Assembly (NCBI GenBank): GCA_000998425.1
Contig: LCDG01000003.1
Coordinates: 1,619-65,618 of the forward strand
Length of the DNA stretch: 64,000 nucleotides
Direction of reading: 5' to 3'
DNA from: Candidatus Nomurabacteria bacterium GW2011_GWC2_42_20
GTDB taxonomy: Bacteria; Patescibacteriota; Minisyncoccia; Phycocordibacterales; UBA1550
Shown: positions 9,837 to 20,122 of the stretch, piece after piece
Position numbering within the stretch: the stretch's first letter is position 1
Layout of the letters: the number at the start of each line of letters is the position of its first letter
The notes under the pieces: model-generated
Database searches by the model: none
Told to the model about the DNA's origin: nothing
What the model saw: the letters and a program-made list of their open reading frames with translations, nothing else
Translations under genes and position numbers: made by a program

Positions 9837-11249
9837 ATGGCCGATATGGCAGATACAAAAAACCGACAATTCAAATCAAGAGAGCTCCGCATTCCTCCTC
9901 AAAACATTGATACAGAAAAAGCGCTTCTTGGATCCCTAATGCTTCGCCCAGAGGGTATGTATGATGTTGGGGATGTTGTCACAAGAGAATCATTTTATGT
10001 AGACAAGCACCGCATGCTTTTCGATGCAATGCTTGAACTCCATACTCGACATGAGCCAATAGACCTGCTTTCAGTGTCTACTCGACTAAAGGAACGTGGT
10101 AAATTTGACAATATTGGTGGCGGAAGTTATTTGGCCGAGCTTGTAGATACCGTCCCCTCCTCTACAAACGCAAAACATTATGCTGAGATTGTTCAAAGAA
10201 AATACATTTTAAGACTACTTATTGAGGCGGCGGAACACATCTCTGAGTTAGGATACAATGAGGCTGAAGCAATAGAAAATGTGCTTGATGAAGCAGAAAA
10301 GAAAATATATGCGATCACAAATTCAAGTGTCACGAAAAAATTTATCGGCCTGAAAGACACTCTTGAAGAAGCGTGGGAGCGCCTTGATAAAATGCACAAA
10401 TCTGGTAGCGAGCTACGTGGAGTGCCTTCTGGTTTCCCTGCACTCGATACACTGCTTTCAGGCTTTCAAAAATCCGATCTCATCATCCTCGCTGCTCGCC
10501 CTTCGATGGGTAAGACAACCCTCGCGCTTGATATTGCCCGCCAAGCAGCGATTCATCACAATGTTCCTGTTGGAATCTTTTCACTTGAAATGAATACACA
10601 GCAACTCGTCGACCGCCTGCTATCGGCAGAGGCGCGCGTAAATGCATGGAAGCTTCGTACGGGGAAGCTTTCACTTGATGAGGATTTTGAAAAATTACGT
10701 GGCTCACTCGACAGACTTTCTAAAGCACCGATTTTTATCGATGATCAATCTGGAAATACGATTATGAAAATGCGTTCTGCAGCTAGAAAACTCAAGAGCG
10801 AGCATGGGCTTGGGCTCATCATTGTCGACTATCTCCAGCTTATGAATACATCAAAAAATCATGATTCTATGGTCAACCAAGTGACAGAGATATCTCACTC
10901 TCTCAAGGCGCTAGCAAAGGACCTCGATGTGCCAGTGATTGCGCTTTCTCAGCTTTCTCGCGCAGTGGAGGCTCGTGGTGGCAAACCTCGCCTATCTGAT
11001 CTTCGTGACTCAGGTTCTATTGAGCAGGATGCCGATGTTGTTATGTTTATTCACCGCGAGGACAAGCAAGACAAGAATGCCGAGAAGACCAACATTGCGG
11101 AGATTCTTGTAGAAAAGCATCGCAATGGCCCTGTCGGCGCCATTCAGCTCTACTTCGATGAGGAAAAATCAACGTTTATGTCTGTTGATAAGCAACATGA
11201 GTATGCAGGTGCCACACGCAGTTCTGGTGGGAATTTTGATGATTTTTAA
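9837..11249 (+). CDS. dnaB: Replicative DNA helicase
   Basis: AARPSMGKT, FSLEM, IVDYLQL, LSQLSR, SDLRDSGSIEQDAD. Confidence 0.97.
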   Translation: MADMADTKNRQFKSRELRIPPQNIDTEKALLGSLMLRPEGMYDVGDVVTRESFYVDKHRMLFDAMLELHTRHEPIDLLSVSTRLKERGKFDNIGGGSYLAELVDTVPSSTNAKHYAEIVQRKYILRLLIEAAEHISELGYNEAEAIENVLDEAEKKIYAITNSSVTKKFIGLKDTLEEAWERLDKMHKSGSELRGVPSGFPALDTLLSGFQKSDLIILAARPSMGKTTLALDIARQAAIHHNVPVGIFSLEMNTQQLVDRLLSAEARVNAWKLRTGKLSLDEDFEKLRGSLDRLSKAPIFIDDQSGNTIMKMRSAARKLKSEHGLGLIIVDYLQLMNTSKNHDSMVNQVTEISHSLKALAKDLDVPVIALSQLSRAVEARGGKPRLSDLRDSGSIEQDADVVMFIHREDKQDKNAEKTNIAEILVEKHRNGPVGAIQLYFDEEKSTFMSVDKQHEYAGATRSSGGNFDDF

Positions 11250-11251
11250 AT

Positions 11252-11872
11252 ATGAGTTCAATTGAAAACCTATCACATCTTTTCATGAAATTCCCCGGTA
11301 TTGGCACACGCCAAGCAAAACGCTTTGTGTATTTTCTGCTTGCGCAAGATCCGTACTTTGTGGATAGTCTAGCTCGCGAAATATCCGCATTAAAGAAAGA
11401 TATTGCACAATGCGCTGGGTGTTTTCGATTCTACCAAAAACGCATATCATCAAATTCAAGCACGCTTTGTGATATTTGTGTTGATGATGCAGACAGCAGT
11501 ACTCTTATGGTTGTGGAGAAGGATACAGATCTTGAAAGCGTTCGTCGCAGTGGAGGCTACGCAGGCAGATACTTTATTTTAGGAGGCACTATCCCCGTGC
11601 TTGAACGTGACCCTGCTTCAAAAATTCGCATTAGAGAGCTTTTAGAGCGAATAGAGGGTTCTGCAACAGATGGCCTTACGGAAATAATCCTAGCGCTTTC
11701 CGTAAACCCTGAGGGGGATTTTACTCATGATTACATACTCAAGGTGATCACACCACTTGCAGAACAGCTTGGAATCACCATAACCACATTAGGTCGCGGG
11801 CTATCCACAGGCACCGAGCTTGAGTACTCTGATAGCGATACTCTTAGGCATGCTTTGAAAAACAGAGGGTAA
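11252..11872 (+). CDS. recR: Recombination mediator RecR
   Basis: FPGIG.RQAKR, C4 zinc finger, Toprim EIILA..NPEGD, LEYSD..TL. Confidence 0.95.
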   Translation: MSSIENLSHLFMKFPGIGTRQAKRFVYFLLAQDPYFVDSLAREISALKKDIAQCAGCFRFYQKRISSNSSTLCDICVDDADSSTLMVVEKDTDLESVRRSGGYAGRYFILGGTIPVLERDPASKIRIRELLERIEGSATDGLTEIILALSVNPEGDFTHDYILKVITPLAEQLGITITTLGRGLSTGTELEYSDSDTLRHALKNRG

Positions 11873-12011
11873 TTTAGTAGTCACAGTACATTTTCAATTC
11901 ATACATCCGTGGTTATAGCCATAAATATATGTTAGTTGATTATTGAGCGGGATATGTTAGTCTATTTTGTAGAAAGCTTTTGTACCTAAACAGAGAAGAA
12001 AGGATAGAAAA

Positions 12012-12257
12012 ATGGCACAAACCTTGAAAGAGTATCTTCAAAATCCACATGCGGTGATAGTTGAACTTTGCGGATGCGGATGCGGTGAGTCATTAGAGAA
12101 AAATGACCCGCTCGGCCCGCAATTTATGGTCGTTGATTGTAAAAAGGTTTTCGTTAATCCTGACTGCTACTTTGACCAGATTGGCGAAGAAATCGACAAG
12201 CACCCAATCGGTGGACGCGGGATTCATGGTCCTGGATGCAAATCACCAATTGACTAG
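12012..12257 (+). CDS. Small Cys-rich hypothetical protein (accessory cassette)
   Basis: LCGCGCGE motif; upstream TTGATT-16-TAGTCT and AAGGA SD; terminator downstream. Confidence 0.65.
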   Translation: MAQTLKEYLQNPHAVIVELCGCGCGESLEKNDPLGPQFMVVDCKKVFVNPDCYFDQIGEEIDKHPIGGRGIHGPGCKSPID

Positions 12258-12263
12258 AAACAA

Positions 12264-12295
12264 AAAACCTCTGAATCAGTAGATTCAGAGGTTTT
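12264..12295. terminator. Bidirectional terminator
   Basis: AAAACCTCTGAATC-AGTA-GATTCAGAGGTTTT between convergent genes. Confidence 0.8.
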
Positions 12296-12318
12296 CTTAT
12301 TTAAAGCTAAAGCCTTGA

Positions 12319-12636
12319 TTACTTGATAGCGTCTATCGTTACCTTCATAAAAGGCTGGCGATGGCCGTTTTTCTTGAAATAGCGGGATTTGTTACGATAT
12401 CGAATAACGACAACCTTCTTTCCGCGCCCCTCCTCCTTGAGTGTAGCATGAACAGATGCACCCACTACCGTTGGAGCGCCAACCAATGTCTTAACGTCAT
12501 CATTAACAAGAAGAACCTGATCAAAAACGATCTTATCCCCTACTTTTGGCTCACCTGGCAGCTTCTCTATAAGAAGAGTTTCACCTGGGGCTACCTTATA
12601 TTGCTTGCCACCTGTCTGTATTACTGCAAAAATCAT
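12319..12636 (-). CDS. rplU: 50S ribosomal protein L21
   Basis: FAVIQTGGKQYKV, GHRQPF. Confidence 0.97.
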   Translation of the reverse strand: MIFAVIQTGGKQYKVAPGETLLIEKLPGEPKVGDKIVFDQVLLVNDDVKTLVGAPTVVGASVHATLKEEGRGKKVVVIRYRNKSRYFKKNGHRQPFMKVTIDAIK

Positions 12637-12777
12637 AATCTGTCTATTCTACACGAAATTATAGAAAACGCAAGCGAATTTGCCTACAATCGCGCCAAAA
12701 TCAGATTTTCCACATAAGCATGCTACAAAAACTGTAAGAAATTGACAAAATCACTAACCTCGTGCTATTGTTAAGTC

Positions 12778-12896
12778 GTTGGTATGCGCGCTTCTCCTCC
12801 CTGAGCGCTCGCATGCTAGCCCTTGGCCCCACATTTTTACCACTAAAAAGACCTGGCCACCCGGAAGCACCACCCCTTTGCTTCCGGTTTTTTTTT
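12778..12896 (+). ncRNA. Candidate ~119-nt small RNA with three hairpins and C-rich loops
   Basis: TTGACA (12742) and TGnTATTGT (12766) promoter; hairpins with G-U pairs on the + strand; ends in CCGGAAGCA/TGCTTCCGG plus T9; no meaningful ORF. Confidence 0.65.
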
Positions 12897-12911
12897 GCAA
12901 AAATTACTTAT

Positions 12912-14045
12912 CTACTCACCGGAAACTGGTTTTTCAATTAGGATAGGATCAATACTTGCAGTCTCCCCTGTAATTTTCACCATATCCTTGTCTACCTTTT
13001 TGAGTTCATTGTACGCCATGTTGTAATGGTTCACAGTAGTTCCAAGTGTATTGCCAAGTTTCTTCATGTACTCTTCGTATGCGACTAGGTGCTTCCTCAG
13101 TTCCTCAACGCGACCAATTATTAACTGCGCGGATTCTTCAATTTTAAATGCGCGAAAGCCATATAATACAGACTGCAAATATGCCGAGAACGTTGTTGGC
13201 GACACAATGATCACTTTTTTTTCATTTGTGGCATAGTCAATCAAACTACGAGTGTTCACTTTTACAGAACCTACTTCGTTGATTAGCAGGTCATAATAAA
13301 TACCTTCTGCCGGGATAAACATAAATGCAAATGGGAGTGTCCCCTCTGCTGGACGCACATATTTTGCAGTTTCATCTATTCGCTTTTTAAGATCATTCCG
13401 AAAATCTTTTTCGAGCTCCTCCTTGCGTGTTTGGTCTGATTCATTCACGACACGATTATAGTTATCAAGAGAAAACTTTGCATCCACAGGAATCATTCCA
13501 TCTTTAGTAATGATAACAGCATCAACAGTCTCCCCGCCCTTGAATTGGTGCTGGAGCTTGTATGCTGTTGGCGGTAAAATATTTGAAAGAATTAGCTCAA
13601 GCGCAGCCTCGCCTAGGTTCCCCCTCTGCTTTTGATGAGTAAGAACTTTTTCTAGGTTCTGAAGTTGGTCTGTAATTCCGAGCACTTGCTTACTGGTCTC
13701 ATTTGCAGTTGTCATTTCTTTTGCCACATTACTGAGATTTCTTTCAACCTGTTCATTGATTTCGCGAATAAGCTTTTGAGATTCGCTAAACTGCATGTGG
13801 ACCGCCTGTTGCATTTCCTTGTTTGAAGACCCGACCTTGGCATCTACTGTTTTCATAAAGTCCCCAAGTTGCGTCTGAAAGTTGCCAAGCTGATTTTGAA
13901 TGAGAACCAAGGCATCCCCTTGTGACCCTCCAAGGGTTTCATTTTTTTTGCGTAAAAACAAAACTACTACAACCGCAGCAATAGCGCCTAGGGCTAGTCC
14001 TATAAAAATTAATAAAATTGAGTACATAATTATTTTAGAGTCCAT
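12912..14045 (-). CDS. rmuC: DNA recombination protein RmuC
   Basis: N-term TM and coiled coil, KQRGNLGE, PVDAKF, FAFMFIPAEG, IVSPTT. Confidence 0.92.
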   Translation of the reverse strand: MDSKIIMYSILLIFIGLALGAIAAVVVVLFLRKKNETLGGSQGDALVLIQNQLGNFQTQLGDFMKTVDAKVGSSNKEMQQAVHMQFSESQKLIREINEQVERNLSNVAKEMTTANETSKQVLGITDQLQNLEKVLTHQKQRGNLGEAALELILSNILPPTAYKLQHQFKGGETVDAVIITKDGMIPVDAKFSLDNYNRVVNESDQTRKEELEKDFRNDLKKRIDETAKYVRPAEGTLPFAFMFIPAEGIYYDLLINEVGSVKVNTRSLIDYATNEKKVIIVSPTTFSAYLQSVLYGFRAFKIEESAQLIIGRVEELRKHLVAYEEYMKKLGNTLGTTVNHYNMAYNELKKVDKDMVKITGETASIDPILIEKPVSGE

Positions 14046-14232
14046 ACGCACCACTCAATGTAGACATAAGTGCGGGGATCGCAATCATAAGTCCGACCAA
14101 AGGCAGTACAAATAGCGCTACTGTGGCATAAAATGTCCACAAAAAATACTTGCGTGTTTTTTCTGACGAAATATAGATTTTTTGTAAAAGCTCGTCCTGT
14201 GTCTGAAGGCGATTTAAAATTTCTTGTTCCAT
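14035..14232 (-). CDS. Small membrane protein
   Basis: 65 aa; coiled N-term (KIY.S.EKTRKYFLW) plus TM helix; overlaps rmuC start. Confidence 0.7.
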   Translation of the reverse strand: MEQEILNRLQTQDELLQKIYISSEKTRKYFLWTFYATVALFVLPLVGLMIAIPALMSTLSGAYGL

Positions 14233-14264
14233 TACGCCATTTTACCACAGATGGGCAAAAGAAA

Positions 14265-14292
14265 AACCCTTGTGCAAAAATACACAAGGGTT
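14265..14292. terminator. Terminator after GGDEF gene
   Basis: AACCCTTGTG...CACAAGGGTT with A-run on its left (U-tract on - strand). Confidence 0.7.
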
Positions 14293-14310
14293 CCTAAAAA
14301 TAGAAAATTG

Positions 14311-15024
14311 TTACTTTTTCTTGTCCAGATACATCGCTTTGTCTGCGACCCCGATAATTTCTTCGAGGGTATGAGCCATGTGCGCATCAGATGTTGATGC
14401 CACGCCAAACGACGCTCTGATAGGCACTTGTTTGCTGTCAGGACATTGCATAAATACGCCTTCGAGCTTGTCCTTGACCGCAATTACAATCTCAACTGCC
14501 CTATCGTAACAAATCCCAGGAAGCAACACTACAAATTCATCGCCACCCCAACGACTAATTATGTCGGTTTCGCGAAAAGACTGCTTCAAAAAATTTGCAA
14601 AAATGCTTAGCGCACGATCTCCATATTGATGACCGCAAGAATCATTGATAATTTTGAAGTCGTTTAAATCGACAAACAAGATTGAAAAATTTTCATCATC
14701 GATGTTTGCAACCTTTTTATTTTTGAGCAAATATTCTGCGCGAGAAAGAAGCGAAAAGTGATGCTTTATCTGCACTTCCATTTCATACCGAGTAAACAAT
14801 CCGGTTAGATTGTCGTAAACGGCGCGTTTTTCTGCCAATGCGAGATTTTGCAAAAGTATGCGAGTGTTTCTATTGGCCATCTCAAGCTCAATCGCCTTCT
14901 CCCTCAATGATGCAACTGCGTCGTCGTAGCAACCTTGCAATTGACTTAACTTATTTCTAAGCTCGTCATTTTCTGCCTCGCAATTTAGGCAGAGCATTCC
15001 GCCTGCGCTTAATTTATCCGCCAT
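14311..15024 (-). CDS. Diguanylate cyclase (coiled coil + GGDEF)
   Basis: D.LTGL, DLNDFK.INDSCGH..GD, SRWGGDEF, ADKAMY..K. Start moved to ATG 15024 (AAGGAG SD; TTGACA-18-TATACT promoter). Confidence 0.9.
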   Translation of the reverse strand: MADKLSAGGMLCLNCEAENDELRNKLSQLQGCYDDAVASLREKAIELEMANRNTRILLQNLALAEKRAVYDNLTGLFTRYEMEVQIKHHFSLLSRAEYLLKNKKVANIDDENFSILFVDLNDFKIINDSCGHQYGDRALSIFANFLKQSFRETDIISRWGGDEFVVLLPGICYDRAVEIVIAVKDKLEGVFMQCPDSKQVPIRASFGVASTSDAHMAHTLEEIIGVADKAMYLDKKK

Positions 15025-15157
15025 CACCTTCTCCTTTATTAAAAGACCAAAATAATACCGACCCCAGTATAGCATAATTTATATACATGTGTCAATATTG
15101 GTCATAATGGTAAAAACGCTTACAATGTACGGATTAATTGGTAATTTATAAAAAATA

Positions 15158-15613
15158 ATGTCACTACATGAACAAATAAAGGCTGAGGTGAAACCTGCAA
15201 TGATGGCAAAGGATGCAGTTCGTCTATCGGTGGTACGCAATATGCTATCAGCGTTTACTAACGAGCTTGTTGCTACAGGAAAAACACCGCAGGATGTCCT
15301 AGATGATGCAGGGGTTCTCAAGGTCATTAAACGCCTTTCAAACCAACGCAAGGACTCAATAGAGCAGTTTGTAAACGGCGGGCGACCAGAGCTCGCAGAA
15401 AGCGAGCAGGCAGAGCTTGCGGTTCTAGAGAAGTACCTCCCCACCCTCATGTCACGCGAGGAAATTATGGTCGTTGCTCTCGCAAAAAAGGAAGTACTTG
15501 GTGTAACAGACAAATCAAAAGCTGGCCAACTTACCGGCGCTATCATGAAGGACCTTGCTGGTAAGGCAGACGGTGGCGATGTAAAAGCAGTTGTTGATGG
15601 ATTATTCGCGTAA
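15158..15613 (+). CDS. GatB/YqeY domain protein
   Basis: AMMAKD..RLSVVR, QRKDSIEQF..GGR.ELA..E..E..VLEKYLP, GKADG. Confidence 0.92.
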   Translation: MSLHEQIKAEVKPAMMAKDAVRLSVVRNMLSAFTNELVATGKTPQDVLDDAGVLKVIKRLSNQRKDSIEQFVNGGRPELAESEQAELAVLEKYLPTLMSREEIMVVALAKKEVLGVTDKSKAGQLTGAIMKDLAGKADGGDVKAVVDGLFA

Positions 15614-15614
15614 T

Positions 15615-16916
15615 CTACGATAATTTACCGCGCAGTTTTCGATGATACCCTATCGCAAAGCGATGTGCTTCACTGTTTGCGAGCAGGATTGCGCGGTCGT
15701 GTTTTTGAACTAGCGCTTTATCCCCGAGAAAACCTTTTGGCTTGTGTAGCTCGTCCTTCACAACACCAACGACTGGGATGATCAACCCACACTCATTAAG
15801 GACCTTCTCTGCAGTGTTAACCTGAGCCTTCCCTCCATCTACAACAATTAGCTTCGGCATTGGCCACTCTGGATGATTGAAACGACGCTCAAGAATCTCG
15901 CGCAAGGATGCATTGTCATCGTTGGTACTAGTTTTGATTTTAAATTTTCTATACTCGCTTTTCCTGGGTTCATTGTCTTCTAACACAACCATTACACCTA
16001 CTGTATGTGTACCTGAAATATGCGCTACATCGTACGCTTCAATCCGAACAGGTAAAGCCTCATGTAGGCTAACAGCAGAAGCACGCAGAAAATCCGCCCT
16101 TAATAAAGCAACATCCCGAATATGATTAAGTGCGAAAATCGCCTTCTTTATTTTTCCTGCTTCTTCAAAATTTTGATTCCTTGCTGCTGTCTTCATTTCA
16201 CGCTCGAGCCTCACAATAAGAGTTTTTTTCTTCCCCTCAAAAAAGAGTTTAATGCGCTGAATTGTTTTTGCATACTCTGTTTTTGTTATAGAACCTGAAC
16301 ACACACCAGGGCAAAGTCCAATCTGCGCATTAAAGCACTGTCTGCATTTACTAGTCAGTTGTAAGTTGTTAGTTGTTAGTTGTTTGCAAGGCACACACCT
16401 GTCTCTAAATGGAAAAATTTTACGAACGATAGAGAGCGCTTCGCGTAAAACGCTACCTTGTGGAAACGGACCAAATGAATATTTTACTTCATCAATTCGC
16501 AAGTTCACTTCTCGACCGCGCATGGTAATCACACGAGGAAAATCCTCCTTTGTAATGACAATATAATTAAAACTTTTGTTATCCTTTTCCTTAGTGTTAT
16601 ATATTGGCTGATGTTTTTTAATTAGTGCCGCTTCTAGGATAAGTGCTTCAAGCACGGAGTCAGTTTCAATGAAATCAACAGACTTTGCGGCTTCAACCAT
16701 TCCTACAATAATAGGCCCACGAGTAGCTATGAGGTCGCGACGAAAATAGCTCGCTACGCGCGTACGAAGTGATGTTGCCTTGCCTATGTATAAAATCTCG
16801 TGCTTCCGAATAGGCTTACTAACGCCTTGGACGCAACCTCGAAATATATATACACCAGGCGTATCAGGAAGTTTTCGAATCAGCTGATTCGCGTCTTGGA
16901 CGTAAAGTTTTTCCAT
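15615..16916 (-). CDS. uvrC: Excinuclease ABC subunit C (short, no C-terminal HhH)
   Basis: LPDTPGVY, YIGKA..LR.RV.SYF (GIY-YIG), UVR helix, RIEAYDVAH, VDGGKAQ, EAHRFAIGYHR. Confidence 0.9.
   Translation of the reverse strand: MEKLYVQDANQLIRKLPDTPGVYIFRGCVQGVSKPIRKHEILYIGKATSLRTRVASYFRRDLIATRGPIIVGMVEAAKSVDFIETDSVLEALILEAALIKKHQPIYNTKEKDNKSFNYIVITKEDFPRVITMRGREVNLRIDEVKYSFGPFPQGSVLREALSIVRKIFPFRDRCVPCKQLTTNNLQLTSKCRQCFNAQIGLCPGVCSGSITKTEYAKTIQRIKLFFEGKKKTLIVRLEREMKTAARNQNFEEAGKIKKAIFALNHIRDVALLRADFLRASAVSLHEALPVRIEAYDVAHISGTHTVGVMVVLEDNEPRKSEYRKFKIKTSTNDDNASLREILERRFNHPEWPMPKLIVVDGGKAQVNTAEKVLNECGLIIPVVGVVKDELHKPKGFLGDKALVQKHDRAILLANSEAHRFAIGYHRKLRGKLS
16357..16384. repeat. Heptamer tandem repeat (AGTTGTW)x4 inside uvrC
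   Basis: agttgta agttgtt agttgtt agttgtt; within the QLTTNNLQLTS stretch between Cys residues. Confidence 0.85.
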
Positions 16917-16987
16917 ATTGCGGTTCCTTAAAAGAGAGTATATAGTAAATATGGAAATTGTCCTTCATCAACAAATAGGGGGTTATT

Positions 16988-17524
16988 ATGTCGCAGTCTC
17001 GAGAGCTGATTGTATGTCAGCGATTGCAGTTTTCAGTGCTTTTCCCAGAAGTACACAGGCTAGTAAGATACGCCCTCGTGCGCTATTTTCATGTCCTACA
17101 ACTTCGTTGCGTGAAGCCGCTTTTGGACGTATGTGCAGAGAAACTGACTCGTCACATTATTGCACTACCAGAAAAACGCAACGCCTTTACAAGGCCATTT
17201 CTGGACCTTGGAGAAATTCATGGATTCGCAGAAGAGCGAATAGACACACTTGTTCATTGTTGGCACAATGAGATAAGTATGTATGACGATCCGGATATAG
17301 CCAATGTCGTTTTGCCAAAGATTTTTAAATTCACTCGCGAACAAGTGCTTTTGAAGGAGCCTGATGTATATCCGTTTTATCTTTCAGAAAATGATATCGC
17401 TGTTCTTTCAATGCTACTCGTAAAAAACACTACTGTTTTCTACAGAGGAGCAAACTGGTGGTCCAACAAGCGCCAAATTGAACGTACCCTCGGGTGTTGG
17501 TTCATTACTCCAAACCAGAACTAA
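16988..17524 (+). CDS. Hypothetical protein (accessory cassette between uvrC and uvrA)
   Basis: 178 aa; TTGCGG-17-TATAGT promoter, AGGGGG SD, hairpin 17529-17560. Confidence 0.6.
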   Translation: MSQSRELIVCQRLQFSVLFPEVHRLVRYALVRYFHVLQLRCVKPLLDVCAEKLTRHIIALPEKRNAFTRPFLDLGEIHGFAEERIDTLVHCWHNEISMYDDPDIANVVLPKIFKFTREQVLLKEPDVYPFYLSENDIAVLSMLLVKNTTVFYRGANWWSNKRQIERTLGCWFITPNQN

Positions 17525-17528
17525 CAAA

Positions 17529-17560
17529 TAGACATCTCGCCATCGTGCGTGAGATGTCTA
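17529..17560. terminator. Bidirectional terminator
   Basis: TAGACATCTCGC...GTGAGATGTCTA between convergent genes. Confidence 0.7.
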
Positions 17561-20122
17561 TTTCTTTTTAAGGACCTTCTTCAGATATTTGCCTGTATGT
17601 GAATTTGGACTCAGAGCGATTTGCTCTGGCGTACCACGCGCAACTATTTGCCCTCCACCCTCTCCGCCCTCAGGACCTATATCTATTACATAATCTGCAC
17701 TCTTAATGACATCCATATTATGCTCAATAAGCAGCACGCTATTTCCTTTATCAACCAATTTTTGCAGGATTTCAATAAGCTTGCGTACGTCCTCATAGTG
17801 AAGGCCTACCGTCGGCTCATCAAGAAGATAAATCGTTTTTTCTATGTGTGGGCGATAGAGCTCGGACGAAATCTTTACTCTTTGCGCTTCACCACCAGAC
17901 AACGTTGTTGCTGATTGTCCAAGCTTAAGATACCCTAGTCCGACATCATTTAACGTTTTTATTCGATCATAGATTGCTGGAATATCCACAAAAAAATCAA
18001 TTGCTTCTTCAACCGTCATTTCCAAAATGTCGTAAATATTTTTCTTTTTGTATCTGATCTCAAGCGTGTCTTTTTCAAAACGTTTTCCACGACAAACATC
18101 GCATGTTACATATACAGTTGGAAGAAAGTGCATCTCAACAGCTATCGTGCCATTACCTTGACATGTCTCACATCTCCCACCTTTTACATTAAACGAAAAT
18201 CGACCTGGCCCCCATCCACGCAAGCGAGCCTCAGATGTTTCTGCAAACAAGTCACGGATAAATGTAAATGCGCCTGTGTACGTTGCTGGATTTGAGCGTG
18301 GAGTACGACCAATAGCAGACTGGTCAATGAGCACTGTACGAGATAGGTATTCTGTACCAGTAAAGCTTTCACAATTATAAATATCGTTTGTACGATACTT
18401 ATACTCCAATCGAGCCTGTAAATTTCTATGAATAAGCTCGTACATAAATGTAGACTTACCGGACCCTGACACACCTGTGATAGCTACAAGTTTACCGAGT
18501 GGAATATCAGCATTTAGACGTTTGATATTAAAAATAGTACCTTCACGAATACGCAGATGTCCCTTATCTGTATCGCGCCTTTTTGGAAGTGGCACAGCCA
18601 CTTCGCCACGCAGATAGTCAAGAGTAAGTGACTTGTACTTTTTAGGGTTCGTAATGAGCTCGTCTAAATCACCTGAGACAACAATATTGCCTCCGTGCAC
18701 CCCCGCGCCTGGGCCAATATCTACCATATAGTCTGCCGCAAAAATAGTATCTTCATCGTGCTCCACAACAATAATAGTGTTTCCTATGTCACGAAGTTCC
18801 TTGAGCGTTTTTATAAGACGGTCATTATCCCGTTGGTGAAGCCCGATAGTTGGCTCGTCAAGCACGTACAGAGCTCCAACAAGGCGCGAACCAAGCTGAG
18901 ACGCAAGGCGAATACGTTGACCCTCGCCACCAGAAAGTGTCCCCGCGCGCCTGCTTAGTGTGAGATAGTTTAAACCTACCTCCAGCATGAAAGTAAGCCG
19001 ACTTTGAATTTCTTTTACAACTGGAACCGATATGTCTTTATCTCGTTCTGAAATTTTCAGGTTTGCAAAAAAATCTGATGCCTCCGCGATGGTCATGTCT
19101 ACAAGCTCAACAATATTTTTCCCGCTTACGAGAACATTTAGAGCTTCCTTGCGTAGTCGCGCCCCATCGCAATCTGGACATTTCTCGTTTCCAAAAAAAT
19201 GTTTTGTGCCAAGCCCATTACAGAGGGCGCATGCGCCGTATGGAGAGTTAAATGAAAATAATCTAGGTTCGATTTCTGGGTATGAAAAACCGTCATTTGG
19301 ACACGCGAAGCGGTTAGACATAACTGTGTCTTTTGTGTCTATCTTCCCGTCATTAAATACAATGCGAACAAGGCTCTGTGATTCATCAAGCGCTTTTTCA
19401 ACGGCTTCTCCAAGCCTTTCTCTTCCTCTCTCTTTTCCTTTAAAATCAGAAAGTAGTATCTCATCCACAAGCACATCAATCTCGTGTTTTTTTGTTTTTG
19501 AGAGTTCGATTTTTTCGCGTAGATTGTGCATCACGCCATCAATGCGAACCATCAAAAATCCCTTGCTCAAAAGGTCGTAAAGAAGCTGATAATACTCACC
19601 TTTGCGTCCACGTACCATAGGCGCGAAAATACGAATTGAGACTGCTTTTTTACCAGCAGAACCCTTCACGTCATCCATAATAAAATTAATAATTTCTTCA
19701 TTACCGAGACGTTTAATTTCTGTGCCGCAGACAAGACAGTGTGGCTTTCCTATCCGCGCATAAAGTACACGTAAATAATCGTATATCTCAGTAATAGTAG
19801 CTACAGTTGAGCGAGGGTTTGATGAATGAGATTTTTGATCAATAGAAATAGATGGGGATAGTCCCGTAATCTCATCCACATCTGGTTTCTGCATTTGATT
19901 CAGGAATTGACGCGCATACGCTGAAAGCGACTCTACATAGCGACGCTGACCCTCCGCAAAAATAGTATCAAAGGCAAGCGAAGACTTCCCAGACCCAGAA
20001 AGTCCTGTAAAAACAATCATTTTGTCGCGTGGTATCTCTACACTGATATTTTTAAGATTGTGAGTACGCGCGCCACGCACAACAATCTTGTCTAAAGGTT
20101 TGTGTTTTTTATTTTCAGCCAT
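17558..20122 (-). CDS. uvrA: Excinuclease ABC subunit A
   Basis: [45 protein letters not shown]; start placed at MAENKK (20122). Confidence 0.97.
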   Translation of the reverse strand: MAENKKHKPLDKIVVRGARTHNLKNISVEIPRDKMIVFTGLSGSGKSSLAFDTIFAEGQRRYVESLSAYARQFLNQMQKPDVDEITGLSPSISIDQKSHSSNPRSTVATITEIYDYLRVLYARIGKPHCLVCGTEIKRLGNEEIINFIMDDVKGSAGKKAVSIRIFAPMVRGRKGEYYQLLYDLLSKGFLMVRIDGVMHNLREKIELSKTKKHEIDVLVDEILLSDFKGKERGRERLGEAVEKALDESQSLVRIVFNDGKIDTKDTVMSNRFACPNDGFSYPEIEPRLFSFNSPYGACALCNGLGTKHFFGNEKCPDCDGARLRKEALNVLVSGKNIVELVDMTIAEASDFFANLKISERDKDISVPVVKEIQSRLTFMLEVGLNYLTLSRRAGTLSGGEGQRIRLASQLGSRLVGALYVLDEPTIGLHQRDNDRLIKTLKELRDIGNTIIVVEHDEDTIFAADYMVDIGPGAGVHGGNIVVSGDLDELITNPKKYKSLTLDYLRGEVAVPLPKRRDTDKGHLRIREGTIFNIKRLNADIPLGKLVAITGVSGSGKSTFMYELIHRNLQARLEYKYRTNDIYNCESFTGTEYLSRTVLIDQSAIGRTPRSNPATYTGAFTFIRDLFAETSEARLRGWGPGRFSFNVKGGRCETCQGNGTIAVEMHFLPTVYVTCDVCRGKRFEKDTLEIRYKKKNIYDILEMTVEEAIDFFVDIPAIYDRIKTLNDVGLGYLKLGQSATTLSGGEAQRVKISSELYRPHIEKTIYLLDEPTVGLHYEDVRKLIEILQKLVDKGNSVLLIEHNMDVIKSADYVIDIGPEGGEGGGQIVARGTPEQIALSPNSHTGKYLKKVLKKK

